From: Carpediemonas membranifera BICM
Lineage: Eukaryota; Protista; Fornicata
Reading direction: 5' to 3'
Length of the DNA: 64,000 nucleotides
Assembly: GCA_019828565.1 (NCBI GenBank)
Contig: JAHDYR010000008.1
Location: 248,001 to 312,000, forward strand
Shown here piece after piece: positions 44,349 through 55,926 of the stretch (the stretch's first letter is position 1; every line of letters starts with the position of its first letter). The notes under the pieces were generated by a model. It was given only the letters and a program-made list of their open reading frames with translations, searched no databases and was not told the origin of the DNA. The position numbers were made by a program, and so were the translations under genes.

Positions 44349-44879
44349 ATGAACAAGCTTCTCTTCTTCGCTCTCATCGCTGTTGTCCTCGCGACAAACC
44401 AGTTCGTCTTCCCCGCCGACGGCGACAAGATGGTCATCGGCCGTGAAAACAACCTCACATGGACTGATGGCCACTTTAACCTCACCGATACGCTGCAGCT
44501 GACCTTCGAGTTCAACTCGGAGTTCATCCAGGACCTCCTCAAGGACACCGACATGACTTCTGCTCAGCGCACGCCCGATACCTGCATCCCGCTGCCCGAG
44601 ATCAACTCGATCCCCGTGGACCTCCGCATCCCCGTCGAGACCATCCAGGACCTCGTTGACTCCCTCAACCTCCCCATCGAGATCGACGTCGAGTCCATCG
44701 TCAACAACGTGCTCCAGAACGTCGACCAGATCTCCGAGTCCGATCGCAACGTCACCATCTCCCTCTACCAGTGCGGCGCCGAGGAGCCCGACTTCCAGTC
44801 CTGGGTCATCATCGACTCCGCCAAGAGCGTCTTCGTCGGCGCCCTCGCTGTGCTCCTCTCCGTCTTCCTCCTCCTCTAA
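44349..44879 (+). CDS. Array copy 3, type A, putative GPI-anchored surface glycoprotein (176 aa)
   Basis: Signal peptide, N-glycosylation sequons, a Cys pair and a hydrophobic C-terminus with no cytosolic tail. Confidence 0.85.
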   Translation: MNKLLFFALIAVVLATNQFVFPADGDKMVIGRENNLTWTDGHFNLTDTLQLTFEFNSEFIQDLLKDTDMTSAQRTPDTCIPLPEINSIPVDLRIPVETIQDLVDSLNLPIEIDVESIVNNVLQNVDQISESDRNVTISLYQCGAEEPDFQSWVIIDSAKSVFVGALAVLLSVFLLL

Positions 44880-45146
44880 GGGCGGGTCTCTCTCTGTAAA
44901 TAGCCACGGCTCTTCCTTCTACGTTTCACCTGGGTCCGCAGCTCGTCCAGTGCCGCCGCCCGTCCGCGCGCTCAGCAGCTGCCTGCCACTGCTGTGCCGC
45001 TGAGTCCCGGCGGGCGCCGGGGAGCCGCCAGCGCTAGCCTCGGCGCGGCGCCCGTCTGCTAGCGCGGTGGCATGATGGTCATAGAATGCGCGCAGGCTAT
45101 TTTTGGGCAGTCGCCAGAGTCACAAACATCGTTTCAACACTCAATC

Positions 45147-45681
45147 ATGAACTACATTCTCCTTATTGCTCTCTTCGCGGCCGTCTCGCGACCAAACGAG
45201 TTCGTATTCCCCAGAAACGGCGATCTGATGATCATCGGCCGTGAAGAACAACCTCACCTGGACTGATGGCCACTTCAACCTCACCGATACGCTCCAGATG
45301 ACCTTCGGAGTTCAACTCCGGAGTTCATCCAGGACCTCCTCAAGGACACCGACATGACTTCTGCTCAGCGCACGCCCGATACCTGCATCCCGCATGCCCG
45401 AGATCAACTCGATCCCCGTGGACCTCCGCATCCCCGTCGAGACCATCCAGGACCTCGTTGACTCCCTCAACCTCCCCATCGAGATCGACGTCGAGTCCAT
45501 CGTCAACAACGTGCTCCAGAACGTCGACCAGATCTCCGAGTCCGATCGCAACGTCACCATCTCCCTCTACCAGTGCAGCGCCGAGGAGCCCGACTTCCAG
45601 TCCTGGGTCATCATCGACTCCGCCAAGAGCGTCTTCGTCGGCGCCCTCGCTGTGCTCCTCTCCGTCTTCCTCCTCCTCTAA
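45147..45681 (+). pseudogene. Array copy 4, scrambled A/B mosaic with frameshifts
   Basis: Bases of both types are interleaved in the upstream spacer and 5' CDS; probably a consensus artefact. Confidence 0.55.
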
Positions 45682-45954
45682 GGGCGGGTCTCTCTCTGTA
45701 AATAGCCACGGCTCTTCCTTCTTTACGTTCCCCGGGTCCGCCGCTCGTCCAGTGGCGCTGCGCTGCCGAGGCCATCGTCTGCTCGCGCCGCATTGCTCCA
45801 CTGCCCACCGCCCTGATCCCGGCAGCGCCGCCAGGAGCCGCCAAAGGTAACCCACCGGCCCCGCGCCCGTCCGCCAGCGCGGTGGCTATTTTGGTCAGCC
45901 GCGGCAGGATATTTTGGGCAGTCGCCAGAGTCACAAACGTTTCAACACTCAATC

Positions 45955-46485
45955 ATGAACTACATTCTCCTTATTGCTCTCTTCGCGGCCGTATTTGCGA
46001 CCAACGAGTTCGTATTCCCAAGAAACGGCGATCTGATGATCGTCGGCCGGAAGAACAACCTCACCTGGACTGAAGGCCACTTCAACCTCACCGATACGCT
46101 CCAGATGACCTTCGAATTCAACTCCGAGGTGCTCCAGGACCTCCTCAAGGACACCGACATGACCGCAGCGCAGCGCACGCCCGATACCTGCATCCCCATG
46201 CCCGAGATCAACTCGATCCCCGTGGACCTCCGCATCCCCGTCGAGACCATCCAGGACCTCGTTGACTCCCTCAACCTCCCCATCGAGATCGACGTCGAGT
46301 CCATCGTCAACAACGTGCTCCAGAACGTCGACCAGATCTCCGAGTCCGATCGCAACGTCACCATCTCCCTCTACCAGTGCGGCGCCGAGGAGCCCGACTT
46401 CCAGTCCTGGGTCATCATCGACTCCGCCAAGAGCGTCTTCGTCGGCGCCCTCGCTGTGCTCCTCTCCGTCTTCCTCCTCCTCTAA
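45955..46485 (+). CDS. Array copy 5, chimera with a type-B 5' half and a type-A 3' half
   Basis: MNYIL..TAAQR followed by MPEINS..LRIPVETIQDLV. Confidence 0.85.
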   Translation: MNYILLIALFAAVFATNEFVFPRNGDLMIVGRKNNLTWTEGHFNLTDTLQMTFEFNSEVLQDLLKDTDMTAAQRTPDTCIPMPEINSIPVDLRIPVETIQDLVDSLNLPIEIDVESIVNNVLQNVDQISESDRNVTISLYQCGAEEPDFQSWVIIDSAKSVFVGALAVLLSVFLLL

Positions 46486-46760
46486 GGGCGGGTCTCTCTC
46501 TCTGTAAATAGCCACGGCTCTTCCTTCTTTACGTTCCCCGGGTCCGCCGCTCGTCCAGTGGCGCTGCGCTGCCGAGGCCATCGTCTGCTCGCGCCGCATT
46601 GCTCCACTGCCCACCGCCCTGATCCCGGCAGCGCCGCCAGGAGCCGCCAAAGGTAACCCACCGGCCCCGCGCCCGTCCGCCAGCGCGGTGGCTATTTTGG
46701 TCAGCCGCGGCAGGATATTTTGGGCAGTCGCCAGAGTCACAAACGTTTCAACACTCAATC

Positions 46761-47292
46761 ATGAACTACATTCTCCTTATTGCTCTCTTCGCGGCCGTAT
46801 TTGCGACCAACGAGTTCGTATTCCCAAGAAACGGCGATCTGATGATCGTCGGCCGGAAGAACAACCTCACCTGGACTGAAGGCCACTTCAACCTCACCGA
46901 TACGCTCCAGATGACCTTCGAATTCAACTCCGAGGTGCTCCAGGACCTCCTCAAGGACACCGACATGACCGCAGCGCAGCGCACGCCCGATACCTGCATC
47001 CCGCTGCCGTCGATCAACTCGATCCCCGTCGACCTGACGATCCCAGTCGGCCACATCCAGGAGTTCATCGACTCCCTCAACCTCCCCATCGAGATCGACG
47101 TCGAGTCCATCGTCAACAACGTGCTCCAGAACGTCGACCAGATCTCCGAGTCCGATCGCAACGTCACCATCTCCCTCTACCAGTGCGGCGCCGAGGAGCC
47201 CGACTTCCAGTCCTGGGTCATCATCGACTCCGCCAAGAGCGTCTTCGTCGGCGCCCCTCGCTGTGCTCCTCTCCGTCTTCCTCCTCCTCTAA
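46761..47292 (+). CDS. Array copy 6, type B, with a 1-nt insertion near the 3' end
   Basis: ggcgcccctc versus ggcgccctc; likely a homopolymer error. Confidence 0.7.
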
Positions 47293-47493
47293 TTATCTTA
47301 AACACCCTGTTCTAGTTTACCTGGGTTGCACCGCTGCCGCCCCGTCCGCGCGCTCAGAGCTGCCTGCCACGGTGTGCCGCGAGGCCCGGCGGGCGCGGGG
47401 GCGAGCGCTGCCTGGCGCGGCGGTCTGTTTTGGTCATGATGGTCATAGAATGCGCGCGCTATTTTGGGTGCCAGTTGAAACATCATTTGAAAC

Positions 47494-48024
47494 ATGAACA
47501 AGCTTCTCTTCTTCGCTCTCATCGCTGTTGTCCTCGCGACAAACCAGTTCGTCTTCCCCGCCGACGGCGACAAGATGGTCATCGGCCGTGAAAACAACCT
47601 CACCTGGACTGATGGCCACTTTAACCTCACCGATACGCTGCAGCTGACCTTCGAGTTCAACTCGGAGTTCATCCAGGACCTCCTCAAGGACACCGACATG
47701 ACTTCTGCTCAGCGCACGCCCGATACCTGCATCCCGCTGCCGTCGATCAACTCGATCCCCGTGGACCTCCGCATCCCCGTCGAGACCATCCAGGACCTCG
47801 TTGACTCCCTCAACCTCCCCATCGAGATCGACGTCGAGTCCATCGTCAACAACGTGCTCCAGAACGTCGACCAGATCTCCGAGTCCGATCGCAACGTCAC
47901 CATCTCCCTCTACCAGTGCAGCGCCGAGGAGCCCGACTTCCAGTCCTGGGTCATCATCGACTCCGCCAAGAGCGTCTTCGTCGGCGCCCTCGCTGTGCTC
48001 CTCTCCGTCTTCCTCCTCCTCTAA
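47494..48024 (+). CDS. Array copy 7, type A with a type-B patch (LPSINS)
   Basis: Intact 176-aa ORF. Confidence 0.85.
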   Translation: MNKLLFFALIAVVLATNQFVFPADGDKMVIGRENNLTWTDGHFNLTDTLQLTFEFNSEFIQDLLKDTDMTSAQRTPDTCIPLPSINSIPVDLRIPVETIQDLVDSLNLPIEIDVESIVNNVLQNVDQISESDRNVTISLYQCSAEEPDFQSWVIIDSAKSVFVGALAVLLSVFLLL

Positions 48025-48225
48025 TTATCTTAAACACCCTGTTCTAGTTTACCTGGGTTGCACCGCTGCCGCCCCGTCCGCGCGCTCAGAGCTGCCTGCC
48101 ACGGTGTGCCGCGAGGCCCGGCGGGCGCGGGGGCGAGCGCTGCCTGGCGCGGCGGTCTGTTTTGGTCATGATGGTCATAGAATGCGCGCGCTATTTTGGG
48201 TGCCAGTTGAAACATCATTTGAAAC

Positions 48226-48756
48226 ATGAACAAGCTTCTCTTCTTCGCTCTCATCGCTGTTGTCCTCGCGACAAACCAGTTCGTCTTCCCCGCCGACGGC
48301 GACAAGATGGTCATCGGCCGTGAAAACAACCTCACCTGGACTGATGGCCACTTTAACCTCACCGATACGCTGCAGCTGACCTTCGAGTTCAACTCGGAGT
48401 TCATCCAGGACCTCCTCAAGGACACCGACATGACTTCTGCTCAGCGCACGCCCGATACCTGCATCCCCATGCCCGAGATCAACTCGATCCCCGTGGACCT
48501 CCGCATCCCCGTCGAGACCATCCAGGACCTCGTTGACTCCCTCAACCTCCCCATCGAGATCGACGTCGAGTCCATCGTCAACAACGTGCTCCAGAACGTC
48601 GACCAGATCTCCGAGTCCGATCGCAACGTCACCATCTCCCTCTACCAGTGCAGCGCCGAGGAGCCCGACTTCCAGTCCTGGGTCATCATCGACTCCGCCA
48701 AGAGCGTCTTCGTCGGCGCCCTCGCTGTGCTCCTCTCCGTCTTCCTCCTCCTCTAA
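48226..48756 (+). CDS. Array copy 8, type A
   Basis: Intact 176-aa ORF. Confidence 0.88.
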   Translation: MNKLLFFALIAVVLATNQFVFPADGDKMVIGRENNLTWTDGHFNLTDTLQLTFEFNSEFIQDLLKDTDMTSAQRTPDTCIPMPEINSIPVDLRIPVETIQDLVDSLNLPIEIDVESIVNNVLQNVDQISESDRNVTISLYQCSAEEPDFQSWVIIDSAKSVFVGALAVLLSVFLLL

Positions 48757-49029
48757 GGGCGGGTCTCTCTCTGTAAATAGCCACGGCTCTTCCTTCTTTA
48801 CGTTCCCCGGGTCCGCCGCTCGTCCAGTGGCGCTGCGCTGCCGAGGCCATCGTCTGCTCGCGCCGCATTGCTCCACTGCCCACCGCCCTGATCCCGGCAG
48901 CGCCGCCAGGAGCCGCCAAAGGTAACCCACCGGCCCCGCGCCCGTCCGCCAGCGCGGTGGCTATTTTGGTCAGCCGCGGCAGGATATTTTGGGCAGTCGC
49001 CAGAGTCACAAACGTTTCAACACTCAATC

Positions 49030-49560
49030 ATGAACTACATTCTCCTTATTGCTCTCTTCGCGGCCGTATTTGCGACCAACGAGTTCGTATTCCCAAGAAA
49101 CGGCGATCTGATGATCGTCGGCCGGAAGAACAACCTCACCTGGACTGAAGGCCACTTCAACCTCACCGATACGCTCCAGATGACCTTCGAATTCAACTCC
49201 GAGGTGCTCCAGGACCTCCTCAAGGACACCGACATGACCGCAGCGCAGCGCACGCCCGATACCTGCATCCCGCTGCCGTCGATCAACTCGATCCCCGTCG
49301 ACCTGACGATCCCAGTCGGCCACATCCAGGAGTTCATCGACTCCCTCAACCTCCCCATCGAGATCGACGTCGAGTCCATCGTCAACAACGTGCTCCAGAA
49401 CGTCGACCAGATCTCCGAGTCCGATCGCAACGTCACCATCTCCCTCTACCAGTGCGGCGCCGAGGAGCCCGACTTCCAGTCCTGGGTCATCATCGACTCC
49501 GCCAAGAGCGTCTTCGTCGGCGCCCTCGCTGTGCTCCTCTCCGTCTTCCTCCTCCTCTAA
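49030..49560 (+). CDS. Array copy 9, type B
   Basis: Intact 176-aa ORF. Confidence 0.88.
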   Translation: MNYILLIALFAAVFATNEFVFPRNGDLMIVGRKNNLTWTEGHFNLTDTLQMTFEFNSEVLQDLLKDTDMTAAQRTPDTCIPLPSINSIPVDLTIPVGHIQEFIDSLNLPIEIDVESIVNNVLQNVDQISESDRNVTISLYQCGAEEPDFQSWVIIDSAKSVFVGALAVLLSVFLLL

Positions 49561-49762
49561 TTATCTTAAACACCCTGTTCTAGTTTACCTGGGTTGCACC
49601 GCTGCCGCCCCGTCCGCGCGCTCAGAGCTGCCTGCCACGGTGTGCCGCGAGGCCCGGCGGGCGCGGGGGCGAGCGCTGCCTGGCGCGGCGGTCTGTTTTG
49701 GTCATGATGGTCATAGAATGCGCGCGCTATTTTTGGGTGCCAGTTGAAACATCATTTGAAAC

Positions 49763-50294
49763 ATGAACAAGCTTCTCTTCTTCGCTCTCATCGCTGTTGT
49801 CCTCGCGACAAACCAGTTCGTCTTCCCCGCCGACGGCGACAAGATGGTCATCGGCCGTGAAAACAACCTCACCTGGACTGATGGCCACTTTAACCTCACC
49901 GATACGCTGCAGCTGACCTTCGAGTTCAACTCGGAGTTCATCCAGGACCTCCTCAAGGACACCGACATGACTTCTGCTCAGCGCACGCCCGATACCTGCA
50001 TCCCCATGCCCGAGATCAACTCGATCCCCGTGGACCTCCGCATCCCCGTCGAGACCATCCAGGACCTCGTTGACTCCCTCAACCTCCCCATCGAGATCGA
50101 CGTCGAGTCCATCGTCAACAACGTGCTCCAGAACGTCGACCAGATCTCCGGAGTCCGATCGCAACGTCACCATCTCCCTCTACCAGTGCAGCGCCGAGGA
50201 GCCCGACTTCCAGTCCTGGGTCATCATCGACTCCGCCAAGAGCGTCTTCGTCGGCGCCCTCGCTGTGCTCCTCTCCGTCTTCCTCCTCCTCTAA
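49763..50294 (+). CDS. Array copy 10, type A, with a 1-nt insertion near 50150
   Basis: tctccggagtcc versus tctccgagtcc. Confidence 0.7.
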
Positions 50295-50567
50295 GGGCGG
50301 GTCTCTCTCTGTAAATAGCCACGGCTCTTCCTTCTTTACGTTCCCCGGGTCCGCCGCTCGTCCAGTGGCGCTGCGCTGCCGAGGCCATCGTCTGCTCGCG
50401 CCGCATTGCTCCACTGCCCACCGCCCTGATCCCGGCAGCGCCGCCAGGAGCCGCCAAAGGTAACCCACCGGCCCCGCGCCCGTCCGCCAGCGCGGTGGCT
50501 ATTTTGGTCAGCCGCGGCAGGATATTTTGGGCAGTCGCCAGAGTCACAAACGTTTCAACACTCAATC

Positions 50568-51098
50568 ATGAACTACATTCTCCTTATTGCTCTCTTCGCG
50601 GCCGTATTTGCGACCAACGAGTTCGTATTCCCAAGAAACGGCGATCTGATGATCGTCGGCCGGAAGAACAACCTCACCTGGACTGAAGGCCACTTCAACC
50701 TCACCGATACGCTCCAGATGACCTTCGAATTCAACTCCGAGGTGCTCCAGGACCTCCTCAAGGACACCGACATGACCGCAGCGCAGCGCACGCCCGATAC
50801 CTGCATCCCGCTGCCGTCGATCAACTCGATCCCCGTCGACCTGACGATCCCAGTCGGCCACATCCAGGAGTTCATCGACTCCCTCAACCTCCCCATCGAG
50901 ATCGACGTCGAGTCCATCGTCAACAACGTGCTCCAGAACGTCGACCAGATCTCCGAGTCCGATCGCAACGTCACCATCTCCCTCTACCAGTGCGGCGCCG
51001 AGGAGCCCGACTTCCAGTCCTGGGTCATCATCGACTCCGCCAAGAGCGTCTTCGTCGGCGCCCTCGCTGTGCTCCTCTCCGTCTTCCTCCTCCTCTAA
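50568..51098 (+). CDS. Array copy 11, type B
   Basis: Intact 176-aa ORF followed by a truncated spacer. Confidence 0.88.
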   Translation: MNYILLIALFAAVFATNEFVFPRNGDLMIVGRKNNLTWTEGHFNLTDTLQMTFEFNSEVLQDLLKDTDMTAAQRTPDTCIPLPSINSIPVDLTIPVGHIQEFIDSLNLPIEIDVESIVNNVLQNVDQISESDRNVTISLYQCGAEEPDFQSWVIIDSAKSVFVGALAVLLSVFLLL

Positions 51099-51236
51099 GG
51101 GCGGGTCTCTCTCTCTGTAAATAACCACGGCTCTTCCTTCTTTACGTTCCCCGGGTCCGCCGCTCGTCCAGTGGCGCCTGTCTTAGCGACGATTTCAATT
51201 GAGTGCCGCGACTGATTTGATCTCATGGAGATCTAA

Positions 51237-52439
<1,203 letters not shown>

Positions 52440-52558
52440 TGACATCATAACGCACACCCACAACATGTCCGACATCGTCGTCGCTGCCGACTGTCCCTTC
52501 AGTGCCTCTTGCCCAAAGTGCACATTATCATCAGTGTGACCGAGACCGATTACCAAAC

Positions 52559-53037
52559 ATGGCTTCCAATGAGGATGCTAGATTAAGACGTTTGTGCTTT
52601 CATATGGATTAATTACTTAGAGAGGATGCGGCAGCTCCACCGGTTGCAGCAAGACGTTGAAAACGCCTCTGAGAGCGCTGCCAAGGTCAAAGAGTTCATC
52701 AGGTCCGGAACAACGCAGCAAATGCCTGACGGGACAGAAGCAACGGACCTCCAGTCCTCGGTGTTCGTCATTTCCACCCCTCTAACACAGCCGCGGATTC
52801 CTCGACACGCTCTCCACCGTACGCCGGCACGCCAGCTCCCTTGACCGGGACATTCCTCAAATGTCCAAGGCTATGTTCCGCTCTGTACTGGGGTACATCG
52901 ACAGGGGCGAGGACCCGGACCAGTACATGCTGAACCAGTACACAGAGTTCCTGCGGGTTAACATGGAGGCAAACGGGAGGATGGAGGCGCTGGCCACACT
53001 CAAGGAGGCCATGGAGGAGGAGATCAAGCTCCGCTAA
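52559..53037 (+). CDS. MED10: Mediator subunit 10-like protein (introns 52590-52620 and 52763-52790)
   Basis: The spliced product contains VLGYIDRGEDPDQY..N..ANGRMEAL..LKEAM, matching the Med10/Nut2 signature V..YID.G.NPD.YT..N..KGK. Confidence 0.75.
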
Positions 53038-53221
53038 GGTTGACGGAGTCGCATATCGCCAAGTTGATCAATCATTTGATATCGCAAGAAGGACTGAATA
53101 AAGCGAGGCCTTACCAAATGGCCCATACTCAATCAACACGCCAATGCGGTAGAGATCACACGAACGATTTATGGCGTTACGTGGGCTCACGTATATCATT
53201 CCGAGGCTGAAGCCATTCGCC

Positions 53222-55824
53222 ATGCGGAGCCGATCAGGCGATTCAGTAACTGCAATCATACTTGCTGATGAGTTTGGAGACCTCATGTCCCCTGTTTCCG
53301 ACTTTCTACCTCCCGTTTGTCCCCCCTTCGTTCCTTTCTCACCAAGATCCTCTTCCCCGTGGCCAATATCCCGACTATTGAGTACATGCTTGAGTATCTG
53401 TACATGCACGGGATCACGCAGGTCTACATCGCCGCGAGCCGCTCCTTCGCTGCTCTGAAGGAGTACCTCAAGCACTCCCGCTTTGCCATGGCACGCAACC
53501 ATCCCCTCCGTGTGAACTATGCCCAGGTGGGCAAGAAGGACACCAACATCAGCTCCTTGCTGAAGGAGGTCCACTCTAAGCTCCGCACCAACCGGGACGA
53601 CGACTCGCTCTATGTCCTGATGACCGCCCCGTGCATCCCCTCCTTCGACCTCCACGCCCTCATCCAGCGCCACAGACAGCGCGCGGATGACCTCAAGGCC
53701 GACCACCGGTCGCACGGCATCGAGGGCTCTGACTTGGCCATGACTGTCGTCGCCCACCGGGCAGGCCCCCATAACCCCGTTGCCTCCCCCGCCAACCCCA
53801 CCACAGTCATGACAGACGGCCGTGGGTTCATCCAGCAGATCCCCGACCGCGAGGACGTCACGCCCATCTCTGTGCGGGCACTCAAGAGCGGGCCCCTCAC
53901 AGTCCACGCGAATCTGGGGGTCAGCGACATCGTACTGTTCAAGCACAGCATCTTCGGGTCGATCGGCGAGTCGTACGACACTGCCCAGGTGTTTATGGAC
54001 ATTGTCAAGGCCATTCTCGGACAGTATGAGACACTTCAGGCTGAGATCGCCCTGGACATCGCCCCCGGGATCTGTGCCCCCATCTCCTCCTTCGGCAACG
54101 CCGCCAGTGCGACCTGGGCCATCCTCAGACGCTGGTTCCCCCAATTCCTCCCCGAGACCCTCGTCCAGACCGACAAGGCAAACCGCACGACGTTTACCCA
54201 CTCGAGCGGCATCTACACGGAGGTCCCCCTGGGCGATCGGTGCACTCACAGACCGACCCACGTCACCCGCAGCGCTGCCCGGCCCTGTGTGATGGTTGGG
54301 GCGGACGGGTTCGTGCACACGGACGCCGTGCTGAGACGGGCGTGTGTGGGGAGGTCCTGCAGCATCAGCGCAGGGGTTGAGCTCACTGGTACCATCGTCA
54401 TGAGTAACGTCGTCGTCAGAGATGGGGCCGTCGTCGAGGACTCCGTCATCATGGCGGACGCCACCATCGGCCGCAACGCCCAGATCGGACCTGATGTCGT
54501 AATCGGCCCCAATGTCATTGTACCAGACGGCGCTGTGCTCGACGGTCCAGCCATATATATGACTCAGGGCCAAGAGTCGACCGTATCTGGATCTGACTCT
54601 GACTCTGACTCTGACTCCGCGAGTGCCGGCATGGTCGAGCGGCGCGGAATCGGATCCCGCCACAGCAAGGCCAGAAAGCTGAGGGAGAGCACGTGGGAGT
54701 CGATGTCAACCCTGCCAGGCTCTCCCTCGGGTGTGACGAATCTGTTTATTGACTCAATGAGATCATCACGGAGAATGACGCCGGAGCCTACCAGCGGCAC
54801 GATCACAGCCACGCCTGGCACGCCGGTCCGGCTCTTCGGGGACCTCCTCGGCCACAGCGACAGCGAGGAATCACTGCGGAACCAGTCGAGCATGGATAGC
54901 GTGCGGGCGGACATCAGGGGCTTCGAGATCAGCGAGGAGGAGCCCCGCGACCTCGATAGCCTCGAGTCATCGCCCAGGATCTCGATCATGACCGAATCTC
55001 AGGAAGAATCTGAAGAATCAGAGACCGAGTCACTCAAATCCTCCTCATCTTCCCTGATGGACACGGACTTTACCAGACTCGACCCAGCCAACCCCGACTA
55101 CGGCCTCATCCTCCCAGGTCCCGGCAATGAACCGGGTTGGGTCGACTTTGTGGACGTCGTCCCCGAGGAAGAGGCTGGGTTCCAACTCATCGAGGACAGG
55201 GTGACACAGCTGAGGGAGGCCGTCGTCAATGCCGTGAGAGCCGGCCTGGAGAGCAGCAACACGCCCGACGACATCGCCACCTCAGTGAACGGTATCGCGT
55301 GCGCTTATCGGACCGCTGATGACATGATGTCGTGCCCCACGACGGCCGCCCTCCTAATGGGCATGCTGAGCCACGCGATCGCCCAGAACGCGGACGAGGA
55401 CGGCACTGTTGAGGATGTGACGATGCCCGAGGTTCTACAGACCTTCGGCCCCATCGCTTCGGCCTGGCGGGCATGCGATAGCATGGCGCGTTTCTTCGAG
55501 CTGGCCGATGGTTCGGACGACGCGCTGCATGAGGCTGAGACTGAGCTGTTGTACCAGATGTACGAGATGTTCACGGAGCCTACCTCTGTTGTGTCAGAAC
55601 TGTCGAAGGATACTGCGGATGAGGTGGTTGAGAACATCTTTGGATTCATCACGGCGCCCATCAGTGGGCCCCTGGTGCGGGAGGAGACGTTCGACGAGTG
55701 GCTGGAGGAGGGCCTCGATGACGAGGACCCCGACGACCATGCGTTTAAGATGATTCTTTTGGGCGACCAGGACAGCGGCGATGAGTACGATGACGAGTAC
55801 GACAGCGAAGAGGAGAGCGATTAA
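53222..55824 (+). CDS. EIF2B5: Translation initiation factor eIF2B epsilon-like subunit (intron 53315-53346)
   Basis: TAIILADEF..P|ILFPVANIPTIEYMLEYL, hexapeptide left-handed beta-helix repeats, and an acidic W2-like C-terminus (EETFDEWL). Confidence 0.8.
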
Positions 55825-55926
55825 AAGACCGTGGGGCAATGGCGGGGCGGGGAGCGTCTTACATGTGGGTGAAATCAATCCTGAAATCGCCAAATCGAAT
55901 GGGGTTAAGCTGCACCATCGAAAGAA

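Larger units (their letters stand above)
42589..51178 (+). repeat. Tandem gene array: 11 copies plus a 20-nt 3' remnant of a 531-bp gene, separated by two spacer types (about 201 and 273 bp)
   Basis: Near-identical repeats with start-to-start periods of 732-733 and 804-806 bp in the clean part of the array. Confidence 0.97.

Noticed and set aside
44880-45400. Novel third spacer/gene type in copy 4
   Set aside because: It is a base-by-base interleaving of the two known types with many indels, typical of a collapsed long-read consensus.
42589-51178. Array as a CRISPR-like guide array for the adjacent Fanzor
   Set aside because: The units are 730-806 bp protein-coding genes with two fixed spacer types. 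There are no short repeats with unique spacers, and by eye I saw no match between the Fanzor 3' flank and the array.
54590-54620. (GACTCT)n and similar short repeats at ~39490 and ~60290
   Set aside because: They are in-frame low-complexity coding repeats (SD, QS, MPYP).
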